Position numbers and translations under genes: made by a program. Below, piece after piece: positions 1 to 12,371 of a stretch of 64,000 nt of DNA. Origin of the DNA: Lytechinus pictus (taxonomy: Eukaryota); the NCBI RefSeq assembly GCF_037042905.1, contig NC_087251.1, positions 4,590,001 to 4,654,000 of the forward strand, read 5' to 3'. A model generated the notes under the pieces. That model was not told where the DNA came from, ran no database searches, and was given only the letters and a program-made list of their open reading frames with translations. Position 1 is the first letter of the stretch. Every line of letters begins with the position of its first letter.

Positions 1-470
1 ATTAATGTCTTTTGTTCATAACTTGTTGCCTTTTTTACCAAAAAGTGACACAGTTTGTCACTGGTTTTTTAGGGTTAGGGTAGGTGTAAGTTAGTGGAGG
101 GTAGTTACTAAGTTAGCGGTAGTGAAGTGTAACTTTGAGGCTACACGAACAATCGCCTGAGGTAAGTTTATTTTTTCCTGTTTTGGTACATTTCAGGCCA
201 AAACGGAATTTCGGTCTAGTTCTTTTTATATATTTTTATGAAATAAAGACAAAAATCGATGAGCCTCGTCGGGGAACATTGCATTGTTAACCCCTAGCAT
301 GCTTAGTGGCGGCCACCCAAGGGTTCATAACATGCCACCGCACACAGAAAAATCAAGCCATAGAAGGCGTATGTTGTGGAAACCAGAAGTGGGATCCCAG
401 CACACGCGATCAACTAGTTAGAAATCCACTGCCAAACGCGGTTCATGGTGCGAGGTTAGTATACTAATAC

Positions 471-2172
471 CACTGGCGTAAATCCGTGTTGATGGGTGGG
501 GGGGATGACTGAAATATTTTGGCTTTTTTTTTTGCAATCATGTTTTTAGATATGCAAGGAATTGTCATTGATACATGTATGTCCACAATGGCGTACCGTG
601 GGTCATGGCATTGGGGAGGGGGGGACCAGCAAAATGTTTGAATCACTGAGTGAGCGTGCTCAGTTGCCAGTTATACTGACCTAATAGAGACATTTTCTGG
701 ACAATGTCATTAAACGGATATGCATCTCACTGATCAAATAATGCTAGCGCAAAGCGCGAGCTGAATTTTTTTTATATTCACACCTAAAAAGAGACATTAT
801 AATCAAATTTGTGTAATCATGATAGGTACCTGTCTCGCTAAATACGAGCGCAAAGCGCGAGCTGAAGTTTTCGTATATTTTGACCCCAAACAGCGAGATT
901 TTGAGGAATATATTTTAGGAATCCATTAAGAGTATGCATATCTCACCATAGTCATCTAATGCGAGTGCCAAGCGCTTGCTGGTTTATAAGAATTACATAT
1001 GAACACATGAAACACTTTTTGTAGTCATTGCAATCATGATTATCATACGCATCTCACTAATCAAATATTGCGAGCGCGAAGCGCAAGCTGAAAATTTAGA
1101 TAATTCAGACAATCAGACCTGAAGTGGGGCATTCTAAGGTTTCTTTGTAGGAATTAACTAGGACCATATGTATGTCAATATCCAAATGATGCGAGCGCGA
1201 AGCGCGAGCTGAAAATTTTTTATATTCAGATCAGAAGGGACATTTTAAGGACTGATTTTAGGAATTCATGAAGAGCAGACATATCTCACCAATCCACTAA
1301 TGCGAACGTACTCACGGACAGGAAATGTTTCATATATACGAAGACCTTAACATGGGGCAATCACTTTTTGAGTCATGAAAAAGAAGCATATATGTCACTA
1401 CATAAAACAATGATAACTCAAGTGCTTGGAAATATATTTGGTTTGTATTGACTTGAAAACGGGATGTTTCAGTACAAAAGGATTATATATCTCGTTAATA
1501 GACAATGCAAGCACCAGGAACAATGAAGACGTAGGCCCTGGGCAAATTATGTTTCATGAAGTTATGATAAAAATGTTTCTTATGTAATGTAACTAATAAT
1601 ATGTAACATAACATAATCATAATATAACATTATAATGAATATTTTCTTCTTTCCCACTATACACTTCTCTTCCTTTCTCTCTCTTTTCTCCTTTTCCCCG
1701 TTTTTTTTTTGTTCAGCCGATTGGGGGGGCACACGTGCCCCCCCCTGTAGTTACGCCACCGTATGTCCATATGACAAATACCCCTCCAATATTATTATCT
1801 TTTTTACCCCATGATGAATTAATGGTTATATTAGAGATTACATTAAAAAAGAATTGACATTCCATCTTAATCCCTTCCCAAAGACCCCAACATTGATGTA
1901 TTGGAAGAAACGGGAGTTTCTCTTCAATGTTATAATAAGGACATAAGTATTTCGTTTGGAAATGGTGAACTGGCTCTTTATTTGCATTTTATGATTCAAT
2001 AATATTGTTTTATTTGTTAAGCGGTATTTCAGGAAGAATTTTCACCAATAAAACTATCTCTTGTGATTTTTTTTTCATTTCTTTCGTAAAAAGTGGGGGG
2101 GATGTTTGTACAGGCCATCCCCCCCTCCTCGAAAAGTGGGGGGGATATATCCCCCCGGGATTTACGCCAGTG
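471..2172. mobile_element. Non-autonomous hAT-like DNA transposon, outer element of a nest
   Basis: Perfect 15-bp TIR cactggcgtaaatcc/ggatttacgccagtg; 8-bp TSD actaatac/actaatag. Confidence 0.88.
586..1761 (+). mobile_element. Non-autonomous hAT-like element, family A copy 1 (nested in 471..2172)
   Basis: Termini caatggcgta.../...tacgccaccg; perfect 8-bp TSD tatgtcca; internal gcgagcgcgaagcgcgagctgaaa repeats; homologous to 33743..34859 and 56880..58018. Confidence 0.92.
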
Positions 2173-2319
2173 ACTAATAGTCCTAACCTCGCAATACGAC
2201 AATACGTGTCAGTGAGTGGCGGCTGCACGATCGCGAGCCGTCTGTATCACTAAGTTATAAGATCGAGGATAAATTTAATTTTTAAAATTCTAAAAGTAAA
2301 ATGTTTAAAAACTCCTCGA

Positions 2320-2361
2320 AACAGACGGATGCCAGCTGTTTCGGGCCGGGGTACAGCTAGT
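2320..2361 (+). mobile_element. Possible Helitron-like 3' terminus
   Basis: GC-rich stem-capable sequence (agctgt...acagct) ending gccggggtacagCTAG|T. Confidence 0.35.
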
Positions 2362-2433
2362 CATGCAGGCTAGTAGATTGTAACTTTTTCCAATCCAAGA
2401 ATTAAATGACTATGACTTGACTTCTCAACTTAC

Positions 2434-2439
2434 CCCCAT
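2434..2439 (-). other. Candidate first coding exon end (ATG GGG|GTAAGT) of a divergent gene that would continue off the left edge
   Basis: Minus strand reads gaccATGGGG|gtaagtt, i.e. a Kozak context plus a consensus donor, with a CpG-containing promoter-like region at ~2650-2900. Confidence 0.3.
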
Positions 2440-2829
2440 GGTCAGAAGATCAGTTCGCTCTAGTCTAACTTAGGTTAGCAGTGGCAGTGCAGAATAAGCT
2501 AAGTCGGAGTTGACAGTCAGATCAGACTTTGTTGAACTTGAATTGAAATTGAATGAAGTTGACAGTTGACAAAATCTTAGTCCAGTTCAATTCTGGTTCC
2601 AATTGAATTAGATTATTTCTACAAGCGTCAACTGCAAATAGGGATGTCCAGTGACCGCCTCGCGATGCCAAAAGATTAAACTGGGGGAAATGCAGTCAAA
2701 TTCAATACTCCCAATAGTAACGTTGTGACTATACATACTAGCTCTAAACGTAAACCTACGTACGTACTCGTACCGTGTATTAGCTCGTGCGTCCGTACCT
2801 ATAGTATACTGCGAATCGCAGCTGTTCAA

Positions 2830-2864
2830 TTTCCCGCAACTCGTTCAAGAAATGTGGCGCGAAA
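2830..2864. promoter_or_regulatory. Pair of E2F-type motifs
   Basis: TTTCCCGC at 2830-2837 and GGCGCGAAA at 2856-2864, in opposite orientations. Confidence 0.3.
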
Positions 2865-3708
2865 TAATTATAAAGACTGTAACGCAAGAGGGCGACAAAC
2901 ACACAATATGCAAGTCCACAATCGAGGTAATTAATTCAAACAAGTGTGATTTTTATGATTCTTAGTATCATAAAAAATCACTGGCGTCCAGATGGAGGGG
3001 GGGGGGGGGGGGGGGGTCGGCTAGGGGCCATGCCCCCCACATTTTTTTTTCATCACAACAAGAAAAGAGAGAGAGAGAAAAAAAAAGAAATGAAAATTAA
3101 GGCCTTTTCATCAGTGGAGGCTACCTCCACTACATTTATATAGGCCTATAGCTAATATAAAAATCTATCACAAACTTAGATTTTTGTCTAATAACTTAGT
3201 CTTATATAGCGCTTTTCGTGAAATCCATATCAAAGCGCTTTACAATGTGGCATACGAAATGTACAAACAAAAATGAAATTAGAAATAAATTTGAAAATCT
3301 AAAAGGTTTCTTGCTAGCTTTGCAAAAATCTTTCCCCATAGGCCTACGTCTTGTCTGCTCCTTAAAAAATGTGTAACATTAATTTTGTAGTGAAACCCGA
3401 TACGGGTTGTCTTAGAAAGAATAAACTAATTTGGCCAACTGACACGCGGATGACACTGACTCATTATATCCCTCTCACTTATAAAAAGTGGAAAAATACG
3501 GTGGTAACTTTAGTCTTCTATGCTCTGCTACCCCAAGCTTCCCACGGATCACTAAACAATGAACTACAAAATTATAAAATATAATACAATAGTGATATTT
3601 TGGTTTACTGTAGGCCTATTGTGACGGGCCACGCCCGTCTTGTGATAGCCCGCCCTCCCTCCCACTCTTCAATAAATAAGTTCACAAAATGTAAAAAATT
3701 CTCCTAAA

Positions 3709-4413
3709 CAGTGGCGGCACCAGGATTTTTAAACTAGAGGAGGGGGCCGGGGGGGAGGGGGCCGGGGGGGGGGGGGAAGAGCATTTTTTGGCCAAGGCAG
3801 CCACATTTTTCTTTGCCTGCGTGCCCAAGTTAAAAAATCGAGCACAAAGCCGCTGCCTAAATTTTTGTATGGGCCCTTCTGATTTGGAAATAGAACTGTT
3901 ATCTTTGTTTGCAGTGACCTGTGAAGTTGATATCTCACCATTAGGCCCTATTATAGGCTTATTATTAAATTCAGCACTTTTTGTTAGGCCTATAATTATT
4001 GTGAAACATGTATAGGCCTATATAGGCTATATATTTGATTTATATCTCGCTAAAACATGAAAACATCCCAAGAAGAATAGTTTGTTCATATTGACTCGGA
4101 ACACTGAAGGGTTTTGAAGTCCAATGTTTTATATTGAACAGGCAAGCGAAATTTGGAATTTTAGGACCTAACTGAGATTTGCGTTAGTTATTGCTGGGAG
4201 CTAAATAAAATATTCAGTGACTGAATGAGAAATTTTTTCAAAATTTGAAGAGTGAAAATACTGTTTTAGAACATTTTACAGCTTGAGTAGGATGCTTATA
4301 CATTTTTTTCTTCAGTTTTTCATAATTTCTGGGGAGTCGGGGCCGGGGGGCAACGATCCTGACTTGGGGGCACGGGGGCATTCGCCCCCCCCCCTTGGTG
4401 CATGCCGCCACTG
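3709..4413. mobile_element. Non-autonomous hAT-like MITE
   Basis: 11-bp TIR cagtggcggca/tgccgccactg; TSD ctcctaaa/ctcccaaa. Confidence 0.85.
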
Positions 4414-4729
4414 CTCCCAAACTGGATCATTATACATTCCGTTTGGTACATGAACAGGCAGTGACTGCGCATGGAAATCTGATTCCCAGCTCACTTTACT
4501 TAGGCTTACGTAAATATTACTCGGTTCTTTTTATCTTGAATGCACTTACCGTCTGAGTAAAGCATAAAGAGATAATTAAGCAAATATTAAGTAAATAGTA
4601 GGCCTATAGGCCCTATCGGCATTCACGTTTACAAAATATGCTAAAAATGCTTCAACTAACTTTAAGCATTATGTTTGTGAATTCATGCAGCTATAGGTAT
4701 ACTTATTCATGTTTACAATAATTACTTAA

Positions 4730-5276
4730 AGGGGAAGTTAACCCTGAAGAAAAGTCTATAGTGTAAAAATAACAGAAAAAAAATAATTAAAAAATATTGG
4801 TGAAGGTTTGAGGATGATCCATTAAAGATTAAACATTTACAGTTTTAAGTATTGGATTTGTGACGTCATAAACGAGCAGCTGCCCCATAATGTTATGTAA
4901 TATAAAGTACATAAATTTCATTTTTTTATGGTTCGTGACAACTTATTTTTGTTTTCTTTTCAGAAACGTGTGTGAAAAATGATTTTTCTATTTATATACT
5001 GAAGGTACAATAAAAAAAATTATGAGAAAATGACATTTCAGTGATTTTTTTACTATTATACGCTATAAACGCGGCTCTCGCATTTGTCACAAATCAAAAA
5101 AATAATAAATTCAAATCAATATTGTTTTATCCTTTGATGAATTTTTCTTAAACCTTAATTTTTCGGCAATATTTATTATTATCATTATTATTATTAATAA
5201 TAATATCACTGTTATATATTATTATCATTATTGTGCTATTTTTACAACAAATCTTTTGTCAGGGTGAGCTTCCCCT
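4730..5276. mobile_element. Kolobok-like (TTAA, AGG...CCT) MITE
   Basis: ttaa|aggggaagttaaccctga ... tcagggtgagcttcccct|ttga; internal inverted symmetry. Confidence 0.8.
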
Positions 5277-6269
5277 TTGATATTATTATTTTTGAATCAA
5301 TAATAATAATAATAATAAAAAATCAAATTTAGGACCGGCTTTGCGCGCCCATGAACTCCTAGATTATGATATGCCCCTGGTTTATAGGCCTATGTGCCTA
5401 AACCCTATATAGTGGAAAGGCAACTTTTCAAGAAGTTGACAATAGAAGGGAGAAGAGCTAGTGTGTAAAAATAAAATAAAACAAAAAACAAACAATTTAT
5501 TAAACAACGTAAACAAAAACACTTTCGGTACGTTCTTTTCGAATGGGCCGGGGAGCTAGGGGAGATTCGATCCATACCGGGGGTTTTTACTACTTGCATA
5601 GATTTTTTTTTGGACGGGGTAGGAAGAGCATGTGGTTTCGTTTTCTTTTTTTGTTGTTTTTGTTGCTTACTTGCTGCCAAATGAAGGAAATGTTTGGGGC
5701 CCATGCAGTGCCCCATCATCCTGGATCTATATAACTGGTTTTATAATTTCAAATAGGGTGCGTGCACATACATCGTTCACTAATTAAAATGATCGATAAT
5801 ACAAATTCTCCATCTGAATATGTGATAAAAAGTAACGGCCTAAATATTCACACATCATAAGAACATAAGAATACAATTCTTCACAATAAATTATCGACTT
5901 TGGAAATTTATCGATCAGAGGACTCGAGAGCTGGCAGGAATCCGAGGCAGTATCATGTTGGGTTTTTATATATGCACATATTTTTTTTTATCAATAATAT
6001 CAGTACGGTACTGCATAAAGCATTTTCATTAATTTTTTATTTGATTCAAGATAAAGAGAGCCATGGAGATAAAATATGCCTTCTCTAGATAGTGCATACA
6101 GTGGGATAAAGTGCCGTGCAGGATCAAAGCTTCACATAAAAAATTATATACCATTACCATATGACAACTGAAGACGGTCACCAAGAAGTAAAGTCTGATG
6201 AAAAAGAGACTAAGACTGATCTATAGGAGTCCTTTTTGAGAACTTCAGCCGGGTCCTTCAGCACCCATG

Positions 6270-6951
6270 CTGCTGATCATTGCAAAAAGGGCTAATGCAA
6301 AACTTGGAATGATTAAGAGGTCTTTCACAGCATTAAATGAGAAAGGATGGCTCAAGCTTTATAAAGCCATTGTAAGACCTACTCTGGAATATTGCAACTC
6401 TGCATGGGCTCCTGTATATAAACGAGATAAAGATCTACTTGAAAAGGTACAACAGAGAGCAACCAAGCCTTTTGCCTCATCTACGTCATCTAGACTATCC
6501 TGAAAGGCTGAAGGCTTTAAAACTATACCTACGTCTCTATCTTATAGAAGACAAAATAGCTGAACTGATCCAAATATATATACAAAATTTCAAAAGGACT
6601 TGATCAAATTGACCTAAACAACTTCTTTGAGATTGATGTTCATGGTAGAACCAGAGGTCACAGCATGAAACTAAGAAAAAACAGATGCAAATTGCAAATA
6701 AGGCAAAATGTATTTTCAATTAGGAGTATAAATAACTGGAATGCTTTACCAGAGGAAGCAGTTTCTGCATCAAGTGTCAATAATCAAATCAGCTATTGAG
6801 AGGCAATGGAAAAACCATCCACTAAAGTTTTTACCCTAATATATACCAGAGACTATCCAACGTGACGAGGGGCAAATAAGCTTCAAGCTTTACGTCTCTA
6901 CATCCAAGCATTAATAGCTCCATGATCCAATTAAGTACGGTAAGTAAGTAA
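6270..6951 (+). mobile_element. 5'-truncated, decayed CR1-type LINE (ORF2 C-terminus and 3' end)
   Basis: KRANAKLGMIKRSF...LYKAIVRPTLEYCNSAWAP...LEKVQQRATK, then frameshifted YPERLKALKL, RTRGHSMKL, FSIRSINNWNALP; (taag)n-like tail. Confidence 0.88.
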
Positions 6952-7245
6952 AGAACCATGATGAACCCGGGGGCAGTCAGACTGCAGGTCCCAAGAAAGT
7001 GGCTTCTTTCATCCAAGTGATATTCATGAAAAACCATCCACTAAAGTTTTTACCCTAATATATACCAGAGACCATCCAACGTGACGAGGGGCAAATAAGC
7101 TACAAGCTTTACGTCTCTACATCCAAGCATTAATAGCTCCATGATCCAAGTAAGTACGGTAAGTAAGTAAAGAACCATGATGAACCCGGGGCAGTCAGAC
7201 TGCAGGTCCCAAGAAAGTGGCTTCTTTCATCCAAGTGATATTCAT
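6809..7245 (+). repeat. Tandem duplication, 2 x ~219 bp
   Basis: 6809-7027 versus 7028-7245 differ by about three substitutions and one indel. Confidence 0.95.
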
Positions 7246-9851
7246 GACTTGAGATGTTTTGCATATTTAATGAGCTTGATGCGGACCAAAACGCCTCTTT
7301 TCATTCGGTCATTGCTGCTCTAATTATGCATCGAATTTCATGAATTTGGTACCATTGTAAAGAAGAAGAATAATTCTTTCAGGTCATGTGTTTGGATTTA
7401 TTCAAAGATTTTGTAATATAGGTTAAAATTTTGATCTAAAATATGCTACAAAATAAATATTTTCACCTGACAAAAGCTGCTATTTTCACACTTTCTTTTT
7501 GTTTGAGCCCAAATGATGTTTATATCATGATAAAGCTGAATATGTATGCTTTGAAATGATATAGGTTTAAAAATAAGAATTGGTTTAATCGGGTCAAGAT
7601 CAAACTTTTCATTTGCCAAGTACATAAAGCAGCTTGAAAACAAGTATACTGCACTCTGATTAGTCAAAAAGACCACACAATGGCAAATTCCAACGGTTCC
7701 AGTGCCTGGCCCAGGACCAAAATCCAGTTAAAACCAATTTAGGGCAAAACCAATTGAAACCAGTTGGCCAACTGGTTTCAATAGGGAAATTGGAACAACT
7801 GGTTCCAATTGAAAACCAGTTGCCAATTGGTTCCAGTTAAAAACCAATTGGTTCCAATTAAAACCAATTGGGCAACTGGAACCAGTTGGCAATTGGTGTC
7901 AATTGGTTCCAGTTGTTCCAATTTCCCTATTAAAACCAATTGAATCCAATTGGAAGCAACTGGTTTCAATTGGTTCCAGTTGAAACCAATTGGAGGCAAC
8001 TGGTTTCAACTGGAACCAGTTGAAACCAGTTGGTTTCCAACTAGATCCAATTGGAACTTCCAGTTGGAACGAACTTAATTAGTTACAAAATAATTAGCAT
8101 TTGCACTAACTATTTCTCATGCCAACACAGAAGCAGTGTTATATATCTATTAGTACCAATGTAAAGGGCATTGATAAAATACAGACTTTCATGTGTATAT
8201 ATTTATATGGAAGATCTTCAAATATATGTATTTTTATTTGATGTAATTTGGTAACAGTTAGTGGTGTACTAATTATCCTTTAATCTGTTTTAATTATAAT
8301 CTATAACATTTATGAACATGGTTTTCACTGCTAAGTATTCTAAATACTTATCTTTAAAAAGTGTGGTACTTGAAATTGAAAAGAATTAAATAGATACATT
8401 GTTAATGATGATTAATCTCATAAAACATTAATCTGTGCACACTGGCAGATAATATGCAAATTAACTGGTTTCAATTGGATCCAGTTGGGTAGCTGGAAAA
8501 TTTCCAATTGGAAACCAATTGGAAATAATTTCCAGTTACCCAACTGGTTCCAATTAGAATTCATTTCCAGTTACCTATCTTTCCAGTTAGAAGTCATCTC
8601 CAGTTACCCAATTGGTACCAGTTAGGATTTCCAGTTACACAACTGAATGGTTCAAGTTAGGATTTCCAGTTAGAAATCATTTCCAGTTGGAAGTCATTTC
8701 CAGTTACCCAACTGGTTCCAGTTAGGATTTCCAGTTGCCCAACTGGTTCCAGTTGGGATTTCCAGTTACTCAACTGGTTCCAGTTAGAAATCATTTCCAA
8801 TATTGGAAGTCATTTCCAGTTACCCAACTGGTTCCAGTTAGGATTTCCAGTTGCCCAACTGGTTCCAGTTGGGATTTCCAGTTACTCAACTGGTTCCAGT
8901 TAGGATTTCCACCGGGGATTTCCAGTTGCCCAACTGGTTCCAGTTGGGATTTCCAGTTACTCAACTGGTTCCAGTTAGAAATCATTTCCAATTGGAAGTC
9001 ATTTCCAGTTACCCAACTGGTTCCAGTTAGGATTTCCAGTTGCCCAACTGGTTCCAGTTGGGATTTCCAGTTACTCAACTGGTTCCAGTTAGAAATCATT
9101 TCCAATTGGAAGTCATTTCCAGTTACCCAACTGGTTCCAGTTAGGATTTCCAGTTGCCCAACTGGTTTCAACTGGAAATTGTTGAATTCCAGTTAAAACC
9201 AATTGAAACCAGTTAAAACCAATTGAAACCAATTGAAACCAGTTGGAAATCCAACTGGTTTCAATTGGATTTTGGTCCTGGGGGGTTCGTGGGAAGGTCA
9301 CACTTCCCATGTGGTAATCTCCTCAAATACCCCGCACCTGTTGTTCTGTGAACCTTATCCAGCCAATCAGAACTCTGGATTTCATGCAAGTACAAAATTT
9401 CAGAAATCTCGTCTTGTACCTTGGTGGGAAAAGTGTGATCTTGACCCGATTAAAAGGTGCCGCATATCAAGAGTGGCATTGTGAGAAAGTACAGAAGTTC
9501 AGCTTTATGGTGATATAGATATCATTGAGGCTCAAAATAAAAAGTTTTGCACAATTTGCAAAAGAAAACAGAGGAAGAAAATTCAGTTTTGAGGCACAAT
9601 TTCAGGCCAGAAATTTACTTATTTAACAAAATATTGTATACAAAATAAATGACCAATATGAAAGAGTAACTTTTACTCTATCTGATGGTGCAATAATATT
9701 TCATTTAACTTGAGGTTAAACAGGTAAATTCCTAAAAAAAGTAAATCTCAAGAATCACGAGATTTTGCAAGGAGGAGGATTCAGCCACGAGATGATTTGG
9801 ATGAATCTGGCCTTTTTGCTCATAAACTGCGGTCTGCATCTGACTGGGGGG
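7186..9851. mobile_element. Degenerate foldback-type DNA element with long imperfect inverted arms; boundaries approximate
   Basis: tttaatcgggtcaagatcaaactttt (7584-7609) is the near-perfect reverse complement of 9429-9454; tttgagcc...ataaagctgaa and cagtcaga-tgcag also pair across the arms. Confidence 0.6.
7710..9282. mobile_element. CMC/EnSpm-like non-autonomous element with satellite-like subterminal arrays
   Basis: TIR cccaggaccaaaatcca/tggattttggtcctggg; 2-bp flank gg/gg; dense ccaattgg/ccagttgg/ccaactgg arrays at ~7720-8070 and ~8460-9270. Confidence 0.8.
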
Positions 9852-9988
9852 AGTTACACATTTCAGACATCGACGTGCCGCGGCGGCACCTTTTCTTTTT
9901 GGCGGCCTCCTCCGCTCTGGTCCTCTCGCTCGGCCTCGCGCGCCGCGCCCCCTAGGCCATGTTTCCGATTATCGATTACAGTCTCAGC

Positions 9989-10036
9989 CATAGAGATGTA
10001 CCGTACTAATTATTAGTACCGGTATACATCTCTATG
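9989..10036. mobile_element. 48-bp palindromic micro-MITE (P- or hAT-like)
   Basis: Perfect 12-bp TIR catagagatgta/tacatctctatg; 8-bp TSD gtctcagc/atctcagc. Confidence 0.8.
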
Positions 10037-10976
10037 ATCTCAGCTCACTCTGGCATAGACGGCTTGGCAAGGTAAGTGATTTCATAGATATATCATTTCC
10101 AATCAATTTCAAATGGTCGAATTTCCGTAGTCATTGATAAGTTAGTCAGATTGCATTAATTATTTGGAAGCAAGATCCATTTTTAGGAACTTAATTTCCC
10201 TAACTCGCTTGTCAAAACTGAGTGACCAAAGTAATTAATGCCAATGCCATGGCCCCACATGCAGATATTCACGTTATGATATTTGTTGGTCAGTCAGTGG
10301 AGTGCTATACAAATAATGCATGCAGCCGAGTGCGTTAGCATGGTAAGTGGAAATGCAGAGCACGCGAGGTTTCTTTAGATAGGTGCCGCACTGTGCACGA
10401 GCCACTGGCGGCGAGTCCCCAGGCCCAGTCAGTGTGCGCCATCTCATCTGAAGAAACCGAGCTTTCTCTGCATTTTTACGCACGGCAGAGGGTCAGAGCC
10501 ACTCACATGTATTGCCACTCCTACTCCTAGTACCGGTACCAATGAGGTCCAAACATTAACAATAACATGTATGGACCTCATAGGTGACATTACCCAAATT
10601 ATGGGTTGGACAATGCTGTTCTGATTTCCAACCCAAGGCTTTGGTAAATGTACACCTTAATACAAGTTAGAGTTATCCGATATACCTTTCATTCGGTCGG
10701 TAAACATTTATTTAGTTGTAAAAATAGTTGAAATTAAAATCGATTATTGTTAAACTTACATTTCAGGCCCTTTTTGTTGATTTTCGGTGAGCGTTCCACA
10801 CAGCTGCGACGAGTGATCAACTCCGAAGTGATATGCGTACTGGTCAGCTGATCGGTCAGGTGATCGGTTGGTTATCTTTTTGTCAGACGTTCATAATTTA
10901 TGTTAAGCGTATCAATCTTCAGTATCTTGATTTCAAAGCATCAGTATTGCAGAGAAAAGTAATTATTGATTGGAAT

Positions 10977-12092
10977 CAGTGGCGGATCGGGGGGGGGGGG
11001 GGGGAGGGGTTGGGGGTGAGCATTTCTGCCCGTTCCCCTTTTGAGATTTATAGTAAACATTTTGGAATTAAACATTTTGTTAATACTAGTTATGTGCCCC
11101 CCCCCCTCCCTTATGAGAATCACAGCATTATTTGTAATGGGGATATTTCGTTCATATTCTTTTCTCTTTTTTGCCTTTTTTTTGCTTGTCAAATTTTACT
11201 GGGAACAAATTAACAATATGACTTTCTGTACATCACTTTTAGGGACAAACTTTTTATGGGGGTGGGGGCTTGCCAAATATAACGGTGGAAAAAGTGACCT
11301 TCTTTTTTAGTGACAACTTAAAAAAAATTTTACACGAGACAAAATGACCTTCGATCACTATTAGTTAAAAACCATTTTCCTTTTTTTTTTTTTTTTTTTT
11401 TTTTTTTTGGGGGGGGGGGGCTTGCCAATTTTACGTGGGACAAAATGACCTTCATTTTTAGCCCAGCTAAAGCTCGGGTAATAATAGCAGGGCCCGCTGG
11501 GAGAACAGTTTTCGGAACTGAAGTGGTTACTCTGGGTAATAAATATACCTCTATTTGTTATTATTATTATTATTTTTCAGTGACAACCTTTTTTTATTTG
11601 CCAAATTTTATGCTAGACAAAATGACCTGCGAGCCTTATAATAGTTAGAAACTTTTTTTTTTTAATTTTGGGGGGCTTGCCAAATTTTACGCGGGACAAA
11701 ATGAAATTCATTTTTTTAGTGACAACCTTTTTTTCATTTGTCAAATTCTACACGAGACAAAATTACCTTCGATCATTACTTTAGCCCAGTACTATAGTTA
11801 AAACCTTTTTTTTGGGGGGGGGGGGGGGGGGCGGGGGGTGCCAAATATCACGTGGACAAAATGACTTTCCCTTTTCTTATTTTATTTTTTTTGTGGGGGG
11901 CCGAATATTACGGGGACAAAATGACTTTCATTTTGAGTGACCATTTTTTTTTTACTTGTCAAACTTTACGCAAGACAAAATGACCGGGTTTTTTTGGTAA
12001 GAACCTTTTTTTAGAATTGTCAAATTTTACTTGAGAAAATTCACCCCGAGCCCCCCCCCCCCCCACTTTGGAAAATCTTGGATGCGCCTCTA
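10977..12092. mobile_element. Degenerate hAT-like element with internal tandem subrepeats
   Basis: Termini cagtggcggatc/gatgcgcctcta; flanks attggaat/gtttgaat; repeated ttgccaaattttacgcgggacaaaatgacc-like units. Confidence 0.65.
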
Positions 12093-12371
12093 GTTTGAAT
12101 CATAATGAAGATTAAGATCATGCGTATAGCTTAGGCCTACATCCACGGCAGAGGCGTAAGCCGCCGGGGGCATGCAGGCTGGCCCTTGATCCCCAGTGGA
12201 TTTCACCGGAAAAAAAACGGGATAAGAGTAAAGGAATGAAGGAAGGAAAAGAAAGAAAGACAGAAAGAAAGAAAGAAATAGAGAGAAAAAGGGAAAAGGA
12301 AGAGAAATAAAAGGTCATAAAAAAGCAAAAGGAAAGAAAAATGCATGCAAGAATTTTATGTTAAAATCTAT

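Noticed and set aside
69..82. ttagggttaggg telomere-like motif
   Set aside because: Only two units; not an interstitial telomeric array.
8735..9196. 153-aa and 126-aa repetitive ORFs on both strands (also 7778..7999)
   Set aside because: They are translations of the ccaactgg/ccagtt satellite inside a transposon and are open only because the repeat unit lacks stops.
10340..10348. ATG|GTAAGT as an upstream coding exon of SLC25A21
   Set aside because: Splicing to the acceptor at 17079 leaves 25 nt before the ATG at 17105, which is out of frame; the protein is already full length.
10540..10583. Short inverted repeat atgaggtcca/tggacctcat
   Set aside because: No target-site duplication; too short to classify.
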